Under the pieces are notes generated by a model, which saw nothing but the letters and a program-made list of their open reading frames with translations, was not told the origin of the DNA and did not search any database. Positions 47,627 to 59,279 of a stretch of 64,000 bases of DNA are shown here, one piece after another. The translations under genes were made by a program, and so were the position numbers. Positions within the stretch are counted from its first letter, which is position 1, and every line of letters begins with the position of its first letter. Source of the DNA: an uncultured Planctomycetota bacterium (GTDB taxonomy: Bacteria; Planctomycetota; Planctomycetia; Isosphaerales; Isosphaeraceae); contig CAVTTN010000002.1 in the NCBI GenBank assembly GCA_963737655.1, forward strand, positions 544,001-608,000, given 5' to 3'.

Positions 47627-49717
47627 CTAGCCGAGAACAGCAACCCTCACGGGCTCCCGACGGAGGGACGCAATCGCCTCGGGATCGTCGAATCGGGCCG
47701 TAAAGACCTCGGCGGCGATCGTCGCCGGGAGGCACTCGCCGAATTTCAGGTTGTCGATCGCATCCTTGCGGGGCACGGGGATGATCTCCTCACGCATCTG
47801 GGAAGCGATCAGCGTCTCCACCTCGGCCAGCTTCAGATTGGAAGGGAATCGGATGCACAGATTGTCCCGCTTCGTACCCGGGCCAGTTCCCAGGTGATCC
47901 GACACGAGCGAGTTCGCCAGGCCACCGGCGAAGGTCCACCATTGGATCTCGCCGTCGTGTCGTTGGAGCAGGGTCGTGTGGCCGAGACACGCCCACGGGT
48001 AGTCCATCCGTAATCTGCCGATCTCCGCAGCCGCCCGCCGAGACCAGCAAGGTTCGTCCGACTCGGTGGCGAGGATGCGACGGATTCCCTGACAGATCCG
48101 GTAGCTCAGGAATTGCCCTTCCCCCAGCCAACGGGACCGGCCCGGCTCCTCGGCGGGTTCGACGTGGGCGATCCGGCGTTTCCAGTCCAAGTGGTTCGTC
48201 TTCCAACTTCGACCGGCCAGGACGATGATGGTCGGCCCATCCCCCCGCTTGTAGAAGGTGGACTCGTGGACGGCCCCCAGTTCCTTCCGCCCTGCGACGA
48301 CACGGAAGAGGGGCGGCGAGGTGAACACCGACAGCAATTCCATGAAGTTCTTGCGACCGTACTCGGCCTCGCCCTCGGGTGCGAAGGAGAGCAATCCGTC
48401 GTCGGACCAGAGCACCCCGGAACTGACCATGAAGTCCACGAGTTCCGAGACGACCCTCCGGTCCATACCGGCGTAGCCGGGGACGCTCGCCACCCAGTCG
48501 AACCAGTCACTCCGCCCCACACCTCGCTCTTGCAGGACGAGCGCCATCAACTGCTGGGCGAGGATGTGGAACGGCTTGGGCGGGGCCACGACCGGCTCGA
48601 CGTACCCGTCTCGCCACAGGCCGAGCAGCGCCGCCGCTCGCAGAAGTCCCTCGTCGGTCGTGGCGAGGAAGAGGCAGTTGGACGTCATGCCCGGTCGCCG
48701 ACCCGTGCGGCCCATCCGCTGGAGGAACGACGAGACGGCGGGCGGGGCGTCGATCTGGATCACCCGGTCCAGGTCGCCGACGTCGAGGCCGAGTTCCAGC
48801 GAACTGGTGGCGACGATCACGCAGTCCTGCCGCTGGGAGAAGGCCTGCTCGGCGCTGCGTCGTTCGTCCAGCCCGAGCGAACTGTGGGACACGAACGTAT
48901 CGACGCCATCCTGACGCAGCAGCATCGTCAACTGCTCGACCCGTGACCGGCTGTCGCAGAAGACGAGTCGCTTCTGCCCCTGATGGAGGAGGCGGATGAC
49001 CTTGGCGGCGTTGGGCAGCGATCCGACGTAATCGAGTTGGACTTCCGGGCGGCTGCGGGTGGTGGGCTCCGGGCGGATGACCTGCCCGCCTCTCGTCGAG
49101 CCGGAGGAGAGCCAGCCCAGCATCGCTTCGGGATTCCCCACAGTCGCCGAGAGGCCGACTCGCTGGATGTCCCGGTCGGCGAATCGTCGGATGCGGGCCA
49201 GCACGGAGAGCAGGTGCCAGCCCCTGTCATCCCCGGCGAAGGCGTGGAGTTCGTCGATCACGACCGTGCGGACGTCCCGGAAGAACTGCCGATGTTCGAT
49301 CTTGGTCGAGACCAGCAGGACTTCGAGGGACTCGGGTGTGGTCAGCAGGCAGTCGGGCGGCTCCGCCATCATGCGACGTTTGTCGCCCTGCGGCGTGTCG
49401 CCGTGCCAGCATGCCGCCTTCCGACCGACGAGTTGGAAGTACCGCCGGAGCCGCTCTTCCTGATTGTTGAGCAGGGCACGGATGGGGCTCACGTACAGGA
49501 CGCTTAGCCCGGTCCACGCTTCGGTGAGCATCTGCGAGATGACCGGGAAGAACGCCGCCTCGGTCTTGCCCCCTGCGGTCGGGGCGAGGACGACGAGATT
49601 GTCCCCGCCGAGGTAGCCTTCGATGGACGCATCCTGGACCTCCCGCAACTCCCTCCAGCCGAGAGAGTTGACGATGTGGTGCTGGAGGGCCGGGTGCAGT
49701 CGGTCGAAAGCGCTCAC
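47627..49717 (-). CDS. brxHI: BREX-2 DEAD/DEAH-box (Lhr-like) helicase
   Basis: APTAGGKTEAA, IDELH, GLSATVGN, ATSSLELGLDVG, QRMGRTGR; follows brxD. Confidence 0.88.
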   Translation of the reverse strand: MSAFDRLHPALQHHIVNSLGWRELREVQDASIEGYLGGDNLVVLAPTAGGKTEAAFFPVISQMLTEAWTGLSVLYVSPIRALLNNQEERLRRYFQLVGRKAACWHGDTPQGDKRRMMAEPPDCLLTTPESLEVLLVSTKIEHRQFFRDVRTVVIDELHAFAGDDRGWHLLSVLARIRRFADRDIQRVGLSATVGNPEAMLGWLSSGSTRGGQVIRPEPTTRSRPEVQLDYVGSLPNAAKVIRLLHQGQKRLVFCDSRSRVEQLTMLLRQDGVDTFVSHSSLGLDERRSAEQAFSQRQDCVIVATSSLELGLDVGDLDRVIQIDAPPAVSSFLQRMGRTGRRPGMTSNCLFLATTDEGLLRAAALLGLWRDGYVEPVVAPPKPFHILAQQLMALVLQERGVGRSDWFDWVASVPGYAGMDRRVVSELVDFMVSSGVLWSDDGLLSFAPEGEAEYGRKNFMELLSVFTSPPLFRVVAGRKELGAVHESTFYKRGDGPTIIVLAGRSWKTNHLDWKRRIAHVEPAEEPGRSRWLGEGQFLSYRICQGIRRILATESDEPCWSRRAAAEIGRLRMDYPWACLGHTTLLQRHDGEIQWWTFAGGLANSLVSDHLGTGPGTKRDNLCIRFPSNLKLAEVETLIASQMREEIIPVPRKDAIDNLKFGECLPATIAAEVFTARFDDPEAIASLRREPVRVAVLG

Positions 49718-51030
49718 GCATCGATCTCGATGTCGTCCACTGACACGGCTCGGGCTTCCCGCTCCACCGTGGTCAATTCGCTGGTGTTCACCGTCAACCG
49801 GTAATGCTGGCGGGGGTCGAAGTCGTCGAACTGGTCGATCCGGTCCAGCACGTCGGAGACCAGCTTCTTGAGGAACAGGCGGGGGGCGATGCCGACCTTG
49901 CCCCCCAACTTCCCGGCCACCGACCGGGCCAGCGCCTCGATATAGTCGTCGTCGGCCAGGCTCCTGACCCGGACGGGCGACGTGCAATCCGACACGAACA
50001 GGTCACGCACCTTGATCCCGACCTCCAGCAGCCGGGCGTGATCGAAGGGAGGGAGGCGAAGCTGCACCGCCCTCGGGTTGTCGAATCGTGCGTCGGTCTG
50101 GAAGTCCACGTGCAGCCGCTGGGCGAGTGGTTCCAGGCGCTGCACCCCTTGCGGCCCGTCGAAGAAAGCCGGGGTGCCGGTGATGATCAGGCACAGGTTC
50201 GGGAAACGACCCCCGTCGATGTCGTCGATCAATTGTCGCAAGGCGTTGAGCCCCTTCTCACGCACGTCGCCCCGGACACGCTGGAGCGTCTCGATCTCGT
50301 CGAGCACAAGGACCAATCCCGAGTACCCCGAGTCCTTCAAGATCAGGAGGAGGCCCCGGAAGAAGCTCAGGGCGGCGAAGTGGTCCACGTCCCCCTTGAC
50401 CCCTGCGACTCGCTTCACGGATGCGGCCACGTGCGGCTGACCGGCGAGCCAACCGGCGAGGCCCTCGGCGGTTGCGTGGTCGTCCCGACGTTGGGCCGTG
50501 CGGTACGACCGCAAGGCGGCGGCGAATTGGGGGGTCGCTCGGGTGATCTCGACCAGGCGCTTCTCCAGCAGGTCGTCGGCACGGGAGGCCAGCCCCGCCG
50601 TGTCCGACGGATCGAAGGTGCCCTCGGCCAGGACGTCCTCCTCAAGGGCATAGAACCAGCCGTCGATCACCGACCGGAAGGCCCCGAGGAAGCAGTCGGC
50701 GGTGGACAACTGCTCCATCGCTCGGCGGTAGACCGTCTCCAGCCGGTGCAGCGGCGTCTCCGTCTCGGAGATCTGCACCTCGGCGGTGGCGAACCCCTTC
50801 TTCTTGGCGTGCTCCTGCACCCAGCGCCCGAAGAACGTCTTGCCGCAGCCGTAGTCCCCCCGCACGGCCTTGAACACGGAACTGCCCTGGGCGACATCCG
50901 CCAGTTCGCCCGTCATGGCGGGCTCGAAGCGGCCCAAGCCCACGGCGAGGAAGTCCAGCCCCCGCTGGGGGACGGTCCCCTTCCGCAGGGCGGCGATGAT
51001 GTCACGGCGGCGTTCTCGGCTGATTTCCAT
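49714..51030 (-). CDS. brxD: BREX system ATP-binding protein BrxD
   Basis: ALRKGTVP, RGDYGCGKT, LDEIETLQR, FDNPRAVQ. Confidence 0.92.
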   Translation of the reverse strand: MEISRERRRDIIAALRKGTVPQRGLDFLAVGLGRFEPAMTGELADVAQGSSVFKAVRGDYGCGKTFFGRWVQEHAKKKGFATAEVQISETETPLHRLETVYRRAMEQLSTADCFLGAFRSVIDGWFYALEEDVLAEGTFDPSDTAGLASRADDLLEKRLVEITRATPQFAAALRSYRTAQRRDDHATAEGLAGWLAGQPHVAASVKRVAGVKGDVDHFAALSFFRGLLLILKDSGYSGLVLVLDEIETLQRVRGDVREKGLNALRQLIDDIDGGRFPNLCLIITGTPAFFDGPQGVQRLEPLAQRLHVDFQTDARFDNPRAVQLRLPPFDHARLLEVGIKVRDLFVSDCTSPVRVRSLADDDYIEALARSVAGKLGGKVGIAPRLFLKKLVSDVLDRIDQFDDFDPRQHYRLTVNTSELTTVEREARAVSVDDIEIDA

Positions 51031-51034
51031 CGGT

Positions 51035-53748
51035 CTATTCCAGGTCGAACTGCCGCTTGAGCTTCCCGATGTTGAGTTCGATGCGATTCTCGGCCCGGCT
51101 CAGCGTGAGAATCTCGTACCCGTCCACGTTCAGCAGGCGCTGGATGCGGGCGATGAGCCCGTCCAGCCGGGCGGCGGGGACGTCGGCGAACTTGGAGAAG
51201 GCGGTCGGGGTCGTCATCCCGCCGCTGGCATCTAAGGCTTCGAGGCAACGCCGCACCACGTCGTCCTCCGGTGCGTGGCGGCGGATCAGCTCCTTCTGGT
51301 TCCGGTACGCCTCCGAGGCGAGTAGCCGCCCGATCCAGCCCTTGGTCGGGGCGAGCGGGGCCGGGGCGAGGCCGTCCATAGTCGGGGCGTGATCGTCCCC
51401 CACCTCGGGAACCTCGTCGAGGTCGAACAGGCTGGCCTGGCCCTTGCGGGCCGTGACAGCCACGGACGGCTCCTCGACCGCCGACGTCAATGTCGGGGCC
51501 GACGACCACCACTCGGGCTTGGGGTACTCGCACGGGTGCAGCCCGGAATAGGCGCTGCTCCGGTCCGTCAAGACCACCAGCGGACAGACCATCTCCTGAG
51601 GCGTGATCCCGCCGTGATAGCCGTTCTGAGGCCGACCGTAGTAGAGCGACTCCGACCACGGGGCGATGACCGCATTCCTCCCCTTGGCGTCACGGACCCG
51701 GCCCCCCTGGACGAGCATTTCGCCGTCCCGAGGATCGCCGGAGCCGTCCGCCAGCGGCTGCCGTCGTCGGAGGAGAAGCTCGTGGAGTCCGGTCGGTGCC
51801 AGACGTGCCCGTGGTCGCTGGCGAGAACCACGACCCGGCCCGAGTCACGGGCGAGCTTGAGCAGCGGGCCGAGGTGGCCGATCCGGTCGATCGACCACAG
51901 CATCGGCATCTGGTCGCCCTTGCTCAGGAAGTCGTCGATGGCGTTGATGACGACGCCCACCACCCGATCGTTCTGCGAGAGGATGGCCCGGCTCAGGTCG
52001 TCCCCGACGATTCCACGGCTGCCCTCGCCGACCCCTTTCTTGTGGAACAGGACCGGGGGGTGGCGCTTGTCGCAGACCTGCCTCAGCGGGGCGTGTGCCT
52101 CGAAGTTCCGCTTCTCGACCGACGCATCGCCCCTCTCCAGCCTGCCGGACAGGAGGCTCGCCCTGGAGTAGCCGGTCACGCTGGGGATTGTGGCGATGAC
52201 GGGCATCGGGGGCGACGACGATTCGTCCGTGGTGGCCTCGAACCAGTGATCACGCCGGATGTCCTCCAGAAGCTCGTGGCACACCGCCCAACTCATCCCG
52301 TCGAGGACGATCAGCAACACCCGGTTGTCGGCCTCGGTGATCCTGGCGACGACCTGCGTCATCACGTCCTCGACGCCGCAGATCTCCTTGGCGGAAGAGC
52401 CCACGGAAGTCCAGTCTGCCAGCGACCGGGCGAAGGCGTGATTGAACTCGTCCCGCCGTGTCAGGATCGCCCGATCGAGCCGCTGGTATGCCTTGCTCAA
52501 CCCGGCCACGTCCTCGCCACGGCAGACGGACTCCCGTGCCCAATCGACGAAGGACAATTCCTTGCGGTAGGCGTCCACCATGTCGGCGAACGACGTGGCC
52601 TGGGGGATCGGTTGGGCGAGCCAGCGGGCGAGGCGAAGGGCCATCTCGGTGCGAGACACCTGCTCCACCCGCCTGCCGAGCTTGGCGATCCGGTGCGAGG
52701 CGATCTCGTGCTGGAGCTTCTCGGAAAGTTCGGTGACGGATTCGTCCGGGACGTCGAGGACGGCCTCGATCTGCGTCCCGAATCTTGCCAGCCGCTGCTC
52801 GTAACCCCGCAGCGTCAGTCGGTTCCTGTACGCATGGTCGTCGCATCGGAACTGACGGAGCAGTTCGTCGGCCCGCTGGAGGTGTTGCTGGGCGATGCGG
52901 GGGTCTTCCCTCCGATCCAGGTCGGCGATGGCCTCGGTGGCGACCCGACCCAAGGCCCGGCCCACGCCCGAGGAGATCGGCTTGTGCTGATGATATTGCT
53001 CCATGCGGGCGGCGGCGGCGGGCATGGGCTTCTCGTCGTCGTCGCCGAAGACGACCTGGCAGGCGACGGCGAGGGCCAGGGCATCGGCACCCGCCCCGCT
53101 GCCCAGGAATCGCAGGATGGAATCGGCGGCATCGCCGAGTCGGTCGGTGAGGCGCTTCCTGAGGCTGGCCCGCAAGTCGTCCCCCACGGCGAGGTAACGA
53201 GACGCACCCGACTTCGAGGACGCCCACAAGAGGAGCGAGACCAGATCGGGCTCGCTCTCGCCCATCTCGAAGACGTGGCGGCTCACCGCCCGCCAGACCG
53301 TACCGGCGTCCAGGACGCCAGCCGATACGGGCGGGTAGCCGTCGGCGGGGGCGTACTCCATGAGGGCCTGGGCCAGGGCCGGGTCGCAGATCGAGCGGTC
53401 GAGTTCCTTCGCCTTGAAGAGGGCACACAGGCTGGCCCAGTGATCGACGGGGAAGAGCCGACTGCGGGCCAGCCGGGCGACGACATCATTGCCCAGATCT
53501 CCCTGCGGCAGCTTGGTCAGCAGGATGATCCGATCTTTACTCCGTTCGGCGGACGTGAGCGCCTGCCGCACCTCGAACACCGTGTCCGCCCGCACGACTC
53601 GGGCCTTGCCGAAGTCGAAGACGACCTCGCTCGGGGCTGTCCATGAATTGGTCACGTGGAGGCCGACGGCGGGGGCACTCTCGTCCCGCTGCCATTTCTC
53701 CTCCACCAATGAGCGGAGTTGCTGTGCGCTCAGGGTGCCCATGCTCAT
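51035..53748 (-). pseudogene. pglZ: BREX-2 phosphatase PglZ, 1-nt frameshift near 51740 (possibly a sequencing error)
   Basis: LIVLDGMS, PSVT..SR.SLL, LASDHGH; GYHGGITPQEMVCP lies in the next frame. Confidence 0.9.
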
Positions 53749-56700
53749 TGCGGCCCCTCCTCCAGCGTCCACCGGATCGTGAGGCGGCGACGGGGGTCCT
53801 CACGCAGCTTGCGGGCGAATTCCTCGGCGACTTCTGCCAGTCCCTGCTCGGTCAGCCGGACCCCGACATCGCTCTGCACGATTCGCCAGTCGGGGCCGCT
53901 CGGCTGCGGTTGCGGCGTCACCACCGGGGACGGCGGCGTGACGGTAGACACGGGCGTGACCTTGGGCGGGGTCAGCAGCTTGATCGCCCGGCCCTCGGCC
54001 TCGGAGAGCTTCGCCGCCACGCCCCCGGCGAGGGCGTGCTCGTCCGCCCTCAGCCACGATCGAACGTCGTCGAGCAGCATCTGGGCGCTGGTCTTGCGGT
54101 CGTCGTCGATCTGCGAGACCGCAGAGAACAGGTCCCACCTCGTCGCCTTGAGGCAGTCCAGCACCCCCCTTGCCGATTTCAGGCTGCGGCCCATCGACGT
54201 GCCGGAGGTGTCGAGCTTCGCCTTGGCGATGATCCCCACGAGGGCGGTCGGCTCCTTGCCGCCGCTTGCGCCGAGCAGGCCCCTCACCGCCTTCGCCGTC
54301 CTCACCCGTTCGGCCATCACGGCCTCGGCCTCGCCCACGCCGACGTTGTGCAGCACGAGTTGCAGGCGATCGGGCAGGCTGTCGCAATCCGCCTTGAACT
54401 CGGCGACACTCTCCCCGACCTTCGAGGCGAGCGTGGCGAGGTTCGAGGCGTTTAGCAGCCTGGAGACGGCATGGCCGAGGATGTCGGCCACCCTCGTCAC
54501 CGCCTCGTCCCAGTCCTTCAGGTCGGGCAGCGTCTGCTCCTGAAGCTCCAGTTCGTTCGGCAGGTCGTCCAGGCCCGGCGTGTAGTTGCTCCCGTAGCGG
54601 ACGAAGGAGCGATTCGTCTGGTCGGCGTAGGTCAGGATGAGCAGATTCTGGATCTCACGGGGCAGCCCACGCTCTTCCGGCTGGTCGGTCCAGCGCCGCA
54701 GGTCCGCCACGGTCGGGTGGGGTTGCTGCGAGGCGGCGAGCATCCTCGTGAAGTGGTTCTTCCAGACGTTGCCCAGGACGAAGTGCGTCTCGGACATCTG
54801 GCCCAGATCGAGCGGGTTGCAGACGTTCCTGAGCTTCAGCCTCACCGCCTTGTCCTCGACGAACACCCGTCCGTCCGGGGTGCGTGCGGCCTCCTGGCAG
54901 ACTTCGAGCACCTGCCGCAGGTCCTTGCCGAGCTTGATCTCCTGCCCGAACTTCGGATGCCTGGGGTACTGGTGCGACAGGGCCTGATCGAGGAGGTTTT
55001 CCATCGCCTCGCCGAGGTTCGCCCCCACGGGGCGTTGCAGGACGAGGGTCGGCAACATCGACTGGAAGTGCGACTCCGACAGGTCGAACGAGGCGTCGAG
55101 CGTGCCGGGGGTCGGCTCGGAGCGGATGGCATAGGCCGCTTCCACCGCTTGCAGCAGTCGCTGGGACAGGGCACTCTGCTGGTTTTGGAGGAGCAGCCGG
55201 GCGGTCTGACGGTCCTGGAGAGACAGGTGCTTGGCGTGCTGATCGAGGCTCGTCCCGAGCAGGAGGCGATCGATGATGACGAGCTTGCCCAGTTCGGCCT
55301 GCGTGCGAGGCGAGAAGAACGACGGCAGCCAGACCAGCGTGCGGTGCTTCTCGTTCTTGTCCCGGAACTTGTCCAGCCGGTCGAGGTCCTCGGTCGGGGT
55401 GTGGCCCTCGGTGTCGAACGGGAAGTCGATGATGAGCTTCCAGTCGCCCGTGGACCTCAGCGACTCGTCGGGCAGGGTGCGGGCGTTCGTGAACAGCACG
55501 TCGCACGACCGCCTGCTCCCCCGCCAGAGGAACTCGTGCGTGATGAACATCTCGTCCTGATCGGGGATGCCCAGCGACTTGAAGAGCATCCGGCGGATCT
55601 GGAACTGGCGGTTGCCGGGGTTGTCATACACCCGAGCCGCTTCGAGGATGCCTTCGGTGTCCACGCCGGACAACTGGATCGAGACGGTGGGGTTCGTCGG
55701 CTCCTCGCCGACCCGGATCTCGCCGACCGTGCCCGCCCAGGTCCTCAGCTTCTGGGCGACGAACTGGTGCTCCCGGTTCGGGATGGGGGACCGGACGGTC
55801 CCGTGGTTCAGCGCCGCCAGCTTCATGCACGTCATGTTCTTGAGCGTCTCGACGCCATGCACCAAGGCGCAGAGCAGCAGGCTCTTGATCAGGCGGTCGT
55901 CGTTCTCGAACCGCTGGACCTTGGCGGCGACCTCCCGGTCGGTCTTGGCCCGCTCCCGGTCCACGTCTAGGTCGATGCCGATGCTCTCCTCCAGCATGGG
56001 CCGGAGCTTCTGCTGATAGAGCTTCTTGGCGTTCTCGAAGTTCAGCCGCATGACGTCGGTGAACGCCTCGTCGCCGTGGGCCACCACGTCCCAGAGGTCG
56101 CCGAGCGGGATCACGTCGCCCAGCCTCAGCGTGTCACGCCGATTGACGAGCAGTTGCAGCATGATCTTGAGGGCCGTCCGCTCCCGCTGCAAGGCGCTCG
56201 ACACCGCCACCAACGCCTGGATCAGGGCGGGGCTGAACGGGTAGACCATCTTGAACATCGCCCGGTCGGCCTCCCGGGTGAGGAGCACCTCCATGATCTC
56301 GGAGCGGACCTGGGCGGTCCTCTCGAAGGCGTCCTCAAGCTCGGCCCGGCACGCATCGTTTTTGGGCTTGAGCACCCGCTTCTGGGCGATTACCGGCAGG
56401 TTGCGGTCCTCCAGCGTGACCGTGTGGAACCGTCCCTCCCAGTGGCTCAGCACCTCGCCGAAGTTCAACTGCTCGACGCCGGTCACGTTCTCGCCGATCA
56501 GTTCCCGGAGGTCCCGCTGGCGGGCCACGAAGCTGATGATCGGGACCGGACGCTCGGCCTTGCGGGACTCGACGAGCTTGGCGAGCTTGTTCCCCTCGGT
56601 CTGGACGAAGTTCAGGTCCGCCGAGTGGGTGGCGAGCCAGAGGATGAGTTCGTCGAGGAACAGGATCAGGGCGTCGTAGCCGAGCGACTTGGCGTGGGCG

Positions 56701-57458
56701 CTGATCACGGCCAGCCCCACGTCGAGATCGACGTAGGCTTCGTCCTTGCCGCTGGCGATCCCCTTGAAGGCGGGGAAGATGTGCTGCACGAGGTCGCCGA
56801 CCAGTCGGCTCCGCTCCTCGCTGGCGGGCGGGGCGTCCAGGGCCGTCTCGAACCGGGCGGCGTCCCACCCCTTGGCGAGCTTGCCCCAGCCCGATCCCGC
56901 CCCGGCCTGCTGGCCCTGGTTCAGTTGGGCGAAGAACTTCTCGTCCCCCAGCGCCTCCCGGTGCTGCACGGCGTTCTTGAAGATCTCCCCGGCGAGGTAG
57001 ACGCCCGGGAGTGGGGCGGTCGGGTGGTGCTGGGTGACGTGCTCGACGTATCCGCCCAGGATGGCGGACTCCATGTTGCGAGCGCCGATCATGTGGTACG
57101 GCACGAGCAGGAACTTCTTGTCCTCCGCCCAGGCGTGCCTGGCGACGACCGGGGCGAGTTCCTTGATGTTCCGCACGGCGGGGACGTGCGAGAGCAGGAG
57201 GTGGAGCACCGCCATGAAGTGCGACTTACCGGCACCGAAGCTGCCGTGCAGGTAGCACGCCTTGCTGCTCGTCGCCTCGACCGCCGAGCGGATGAAGCCG
57301 AGGGCGTCGTCGAAGCAGTCGGCAAGTTGGGGCGTGACCACGTACTGTTCGAGCGTCTTCTCCGGCTCGGTGACGCCCCTGGACAGGTTGAGGACGAAAT
57401 CCCCCTTGCGGACCCGTTCCGGCAAGTCGAGCAGTTCGCTGATGAGTTTCTCCGCCAT
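53745..57458 (-). CDS. pglY: BREX-2 ATPase PglY
   Basis: YVVTPQL, YLHGSFGAGKSHFMA, LFLDELILWL, FVARQRDL, YPFSPAL. Confidence 0.93.
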   Translation of the reverse strand: MAEKLISELLDLPERVRKGDFVLNLSRGVTEPEKTLEQYVVTPQLADCFDDALGFIRSAVEATSSKACYLHGSFGAGKSHFMAVLHLLLSHVPAVRNIKELAPVVARHAWAEDKKFLLVPYHMIGARNMESAILGGYVEHVTQHHPTAPLPGVYLAGEIFKNAVQHREALGDEKFFAQLNQGQQAGAGSGWGKLAKGWDAARFETALDAPPASEERSRLVGDLVQHIFPAFKGIASGKDEAYVDLDVGLAVISAHAKSLGYDALILFLDELILWLATHSADLNFVQTEGNKLAKLVESRKAERPVPIISFVARQRDLRELIGENVTGVEQLNFGEVLSHWEGRFHTVTLEDRNLPVIAQKRVLKPKNDACRAELEDAFERTAQVRSEIMEVLLTREADRAMFKMVYPFSPALIQALVAVSSALQRERTALKIMLQLLVNRRDTLRLGDVIPLGDLWDVVAHGDEAFTDVMRLNFENAKKLYQQKLRPMLEESIGIDLDVDRERAKTDREVAAKVQRFENDDRLIKSLLLCALVHGVETLKNMTCMKLAALNHGTVRSPIPNREHQFVAQKLRTWAGTVGEIRVGEEPTNPTVSIQLSGVDTEGILEAARVYDNPGNRQFQIRRMLFKSLGIPDQDEMFITHEFLWRGSRRSCDVLFTNARTLPDESLRSTGDWKLIIDFPFDTEGHTPTEDLDRLDKFRDKNEKHRTLVWLPSFFSPRTQAELGKLVIIDRLLLGTSLDQHAKHLSLQDRQTARLLLQNQQSALSQRLLQAVEAAYAIRSEPTPGTLDASFDLSESHFQSMLPTLVLQRPVGANLGEAMENLLDQALSHQYPRHPKFGQEIKLGKDLRQVLEVCQEAARTPDGRVFVEDKAVRLKLRNVCNPLDLGQMSETHFVLGNVWKNHFTRMLAASQQPHPTVADLRRWTDQPEERGLPREIQNLLILTYADQTNRSFVRYGSNYTPGLDDLPNELELQEQTLPDLKDWDEAVTRVADILGHAVSRLLNASNLATLASKVGESVAEFKADCDSLPDRLQLVLHNVGVGEAEAVMAERVRTAKAVRGLLGASGGKEPTALVGIIAKAKLDTSGTSMGRSLKSARGVLDCLKATRWDLFSAVSQIDDDRKTSAQMLLDDVRSWLRADEHALAGGVAAKLSEAEGRAIKLLTPPKVTPVSTVTPPSPVVTPQPQPSGPDWRIVQSDVGVRLTEQGLAEVAEEFARKLREDPRRRLTIRWTLEEGPQ

Positions 57459-57578
57459 CGCCTCGCCCTCAATTCTCAGCGTAGATTCGACTCTTTCGCC
57501 CGGGTCTATACAATTCCAAACCTAACCCCTGAAATGGTTTACGGAATAATTCTCCGGACGATTCGTATAGATGGCCGT

Positions 57579-59279
57579 CTAATTCTTGACTTCCGTCGTT
57601 GGTTTACACAATTCCCACTTTGTGCCTTTTCCCCGCTTCTCGCCGACAGGCCGGATGACCCCATCTCGACGTAACTCCTGGAGCAGATTCGTGATGAAAT
57701 TCCGCTTCTGACCGTCGTCGAGGGCGTCCGAGAGCTTGCTCCGAAGCAGGTTGTCGAAGTCCGGGCGGGTGGCCTCCCCCTGCTTCTGGAGGAGTTCGAT
57801 CACGATCTTCTGGCAGTAGGCTTTGTCGATGCCCCGCCGCTTGAGGTAGTCCACGAGCGATTCCGTGGCGGCGGCGACCGACTCCGAGACGATCAAGTTC
57901 GGTCGTCGGCCTTCCACGAGGCCCTTTGCCTTGAGCGACTTGAACTCGGCCTCCCCGATCGTCTTGCCCTTCTGGACCTTATCGAGAGCGATCACGTCCC
58001 AGAGATCGAGGTCGTTCCGGGCCGTCAGCATCCGGGTGTACTTCTCGTCGATCACCTTACCGATGACCCGGACCCTAACCCGATCGGCGTCGGCCAGGTC
58101 GTAGTCGGGCATGGGGAAGTGACGGTGCCACTGCATCGTGAACATCCGGCGGATGCCGCTGCCGATGGTGTCGATCATGTTCAGGTTGACCATCGCCTCG
58201 GCCAGGAACCGGTTCGGGTATAGCTCCGGCGGGGCGTCCCGGGCCATGACCTCCTCGACGGTGCCGGGGAGGAACTCTCCGACATTCGTGAAGAGCAGCG
58301 AGCCCGGCCCCTCGACGACGTTGATCTTACCACCCTGCGTGTAGTCCTGGTGGGCGATGCAGTTTTGCAAGCATTCCCGGATGACCCAGGGCTCGTACTG
58401 CGTGACCTCGGTGGGGAAGAGGCTGGCGTCGGGGAGGTAGCGGTAGGTGAGGTTCCTGACCTTGGCGAAGATGCGATCCACGGCCAGGATCAGCGGCGGT
58501 CCAAAATGCTCGTAATCGACCTCGATGCCGTGCTCGTCCTTCAACACCCATGTGATGCGTGCGATGCCGGGCGAGAGGAAGTGCTCGGATTCGTTCCTAC
58601 CGAGGAGGATGATCGCCGTGCGGGTGATCCGTCCGCCGATGCAGACCTTGGCCTTATTGAGGAACGTCAGATCGTCCCACTGGTCCACCTCAGACGCCAG
58701 GGCGGGGTGCTTCTTCTTGCATTCCTGGCGGGCGAACGAAATCCCCAAAGGGTCGAGATCGGCGAGGTTCGCTCCATCGCAAATCTGCGCCGACCAGTCC
58801 TGGCTCGGTCCCGACAGTAGCAACCAGAGTTGCCGTTCCCGCTCGGGATGCTCGGCGAGGGGCTTCTTATGACTTCCTACTCGCACGAATCGACGACCGC
58901 CGAAGGCGACCGGCGAGGAATTCGCTGCCTGGACCTCGAACATCACCACGGGGTGAGACCGGGCCTCAAACTCGAAGATGCGGAAATTCACTCTCGGGGC
59001 CAGGAGCTTGTTGAGCCACGGCTCCAGGTCTTCGTTGCTTGCTCCCTTCTGACTCCGAGGCTTGAACGACGTCCCGACGATATCCCGAGTCCCGTCCTCG
59101 ATCCCCCAGACGATGTAGCCAAACCGCCGCCCTTCCAGGGTTGCCGAATTCGACAGCGCCGACAGGTACTCGCCGATCATCTGGGATTCGGCGTAGTTGT
59201 GCTTGAACTCCGCCCATTCGGTTTCCTGCGGCAGAGCCAATAACTCGGCGAGCTTTGCCTCCAGTTGTGCGGAGGTCAT
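57579..59279 (-). CDS. Schlafen/AlbA_2 + HATPase_c_4 + wHTH protein
   Basis: ETEWAEFK, SALSN..G..VWGIED; RE...N.IAHQDY, N.G, N..LA..M, GSGI; C-terminal wHTH. Confidence 0.88.
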   Translation of the reverse strand: MTSAQLEAKLAELLALPQETEWAEFKHNYAESQMIGEYLSALSNSATLEGRRFGYIVWGIEDGTRDIVGTSFKPRSQKGASNEDLEPWLNKLLAPRVNFRIFEFEARSHPVVMFEVQAANSSPVAFGGRRFVRVGSHKKPLAEHPERERQLWLLLSGPSQDWSAQICDGANLADLDPLGISFARQECKKKHPALASEVDQWDDLTFLNKAKVCIGGRITRTAIILLGRNESEHFLSPGIARITWVLKDEHGIEVDYEHFGPPLILAVDRIFAKVRNLTYRYLPDASLFPTEVTQYEPWVIRECLQNCIAHQDYTQGGKINVVEGPGSLLFTNVGEFLPGTVEEVMARDAPPELYPNRFLAEAMVNLNMIDTIGSGIRRMFTMQWHRHFPMPDYDLADADRVRVRVIGKVIDEKYTRMLTARNDLDLWDVIALDKVQKGKTIGEAEFKSLKAKGLVEGRRPNLIVSESVAAATESLVDYLKRRGIDKAYCQKIVIELLQKQGEATRPDFDNLLRSKLSDALDDGQKRNFITNLLQELRRDGVIRPVGEKRGKGTKWELCKPTTEVKN

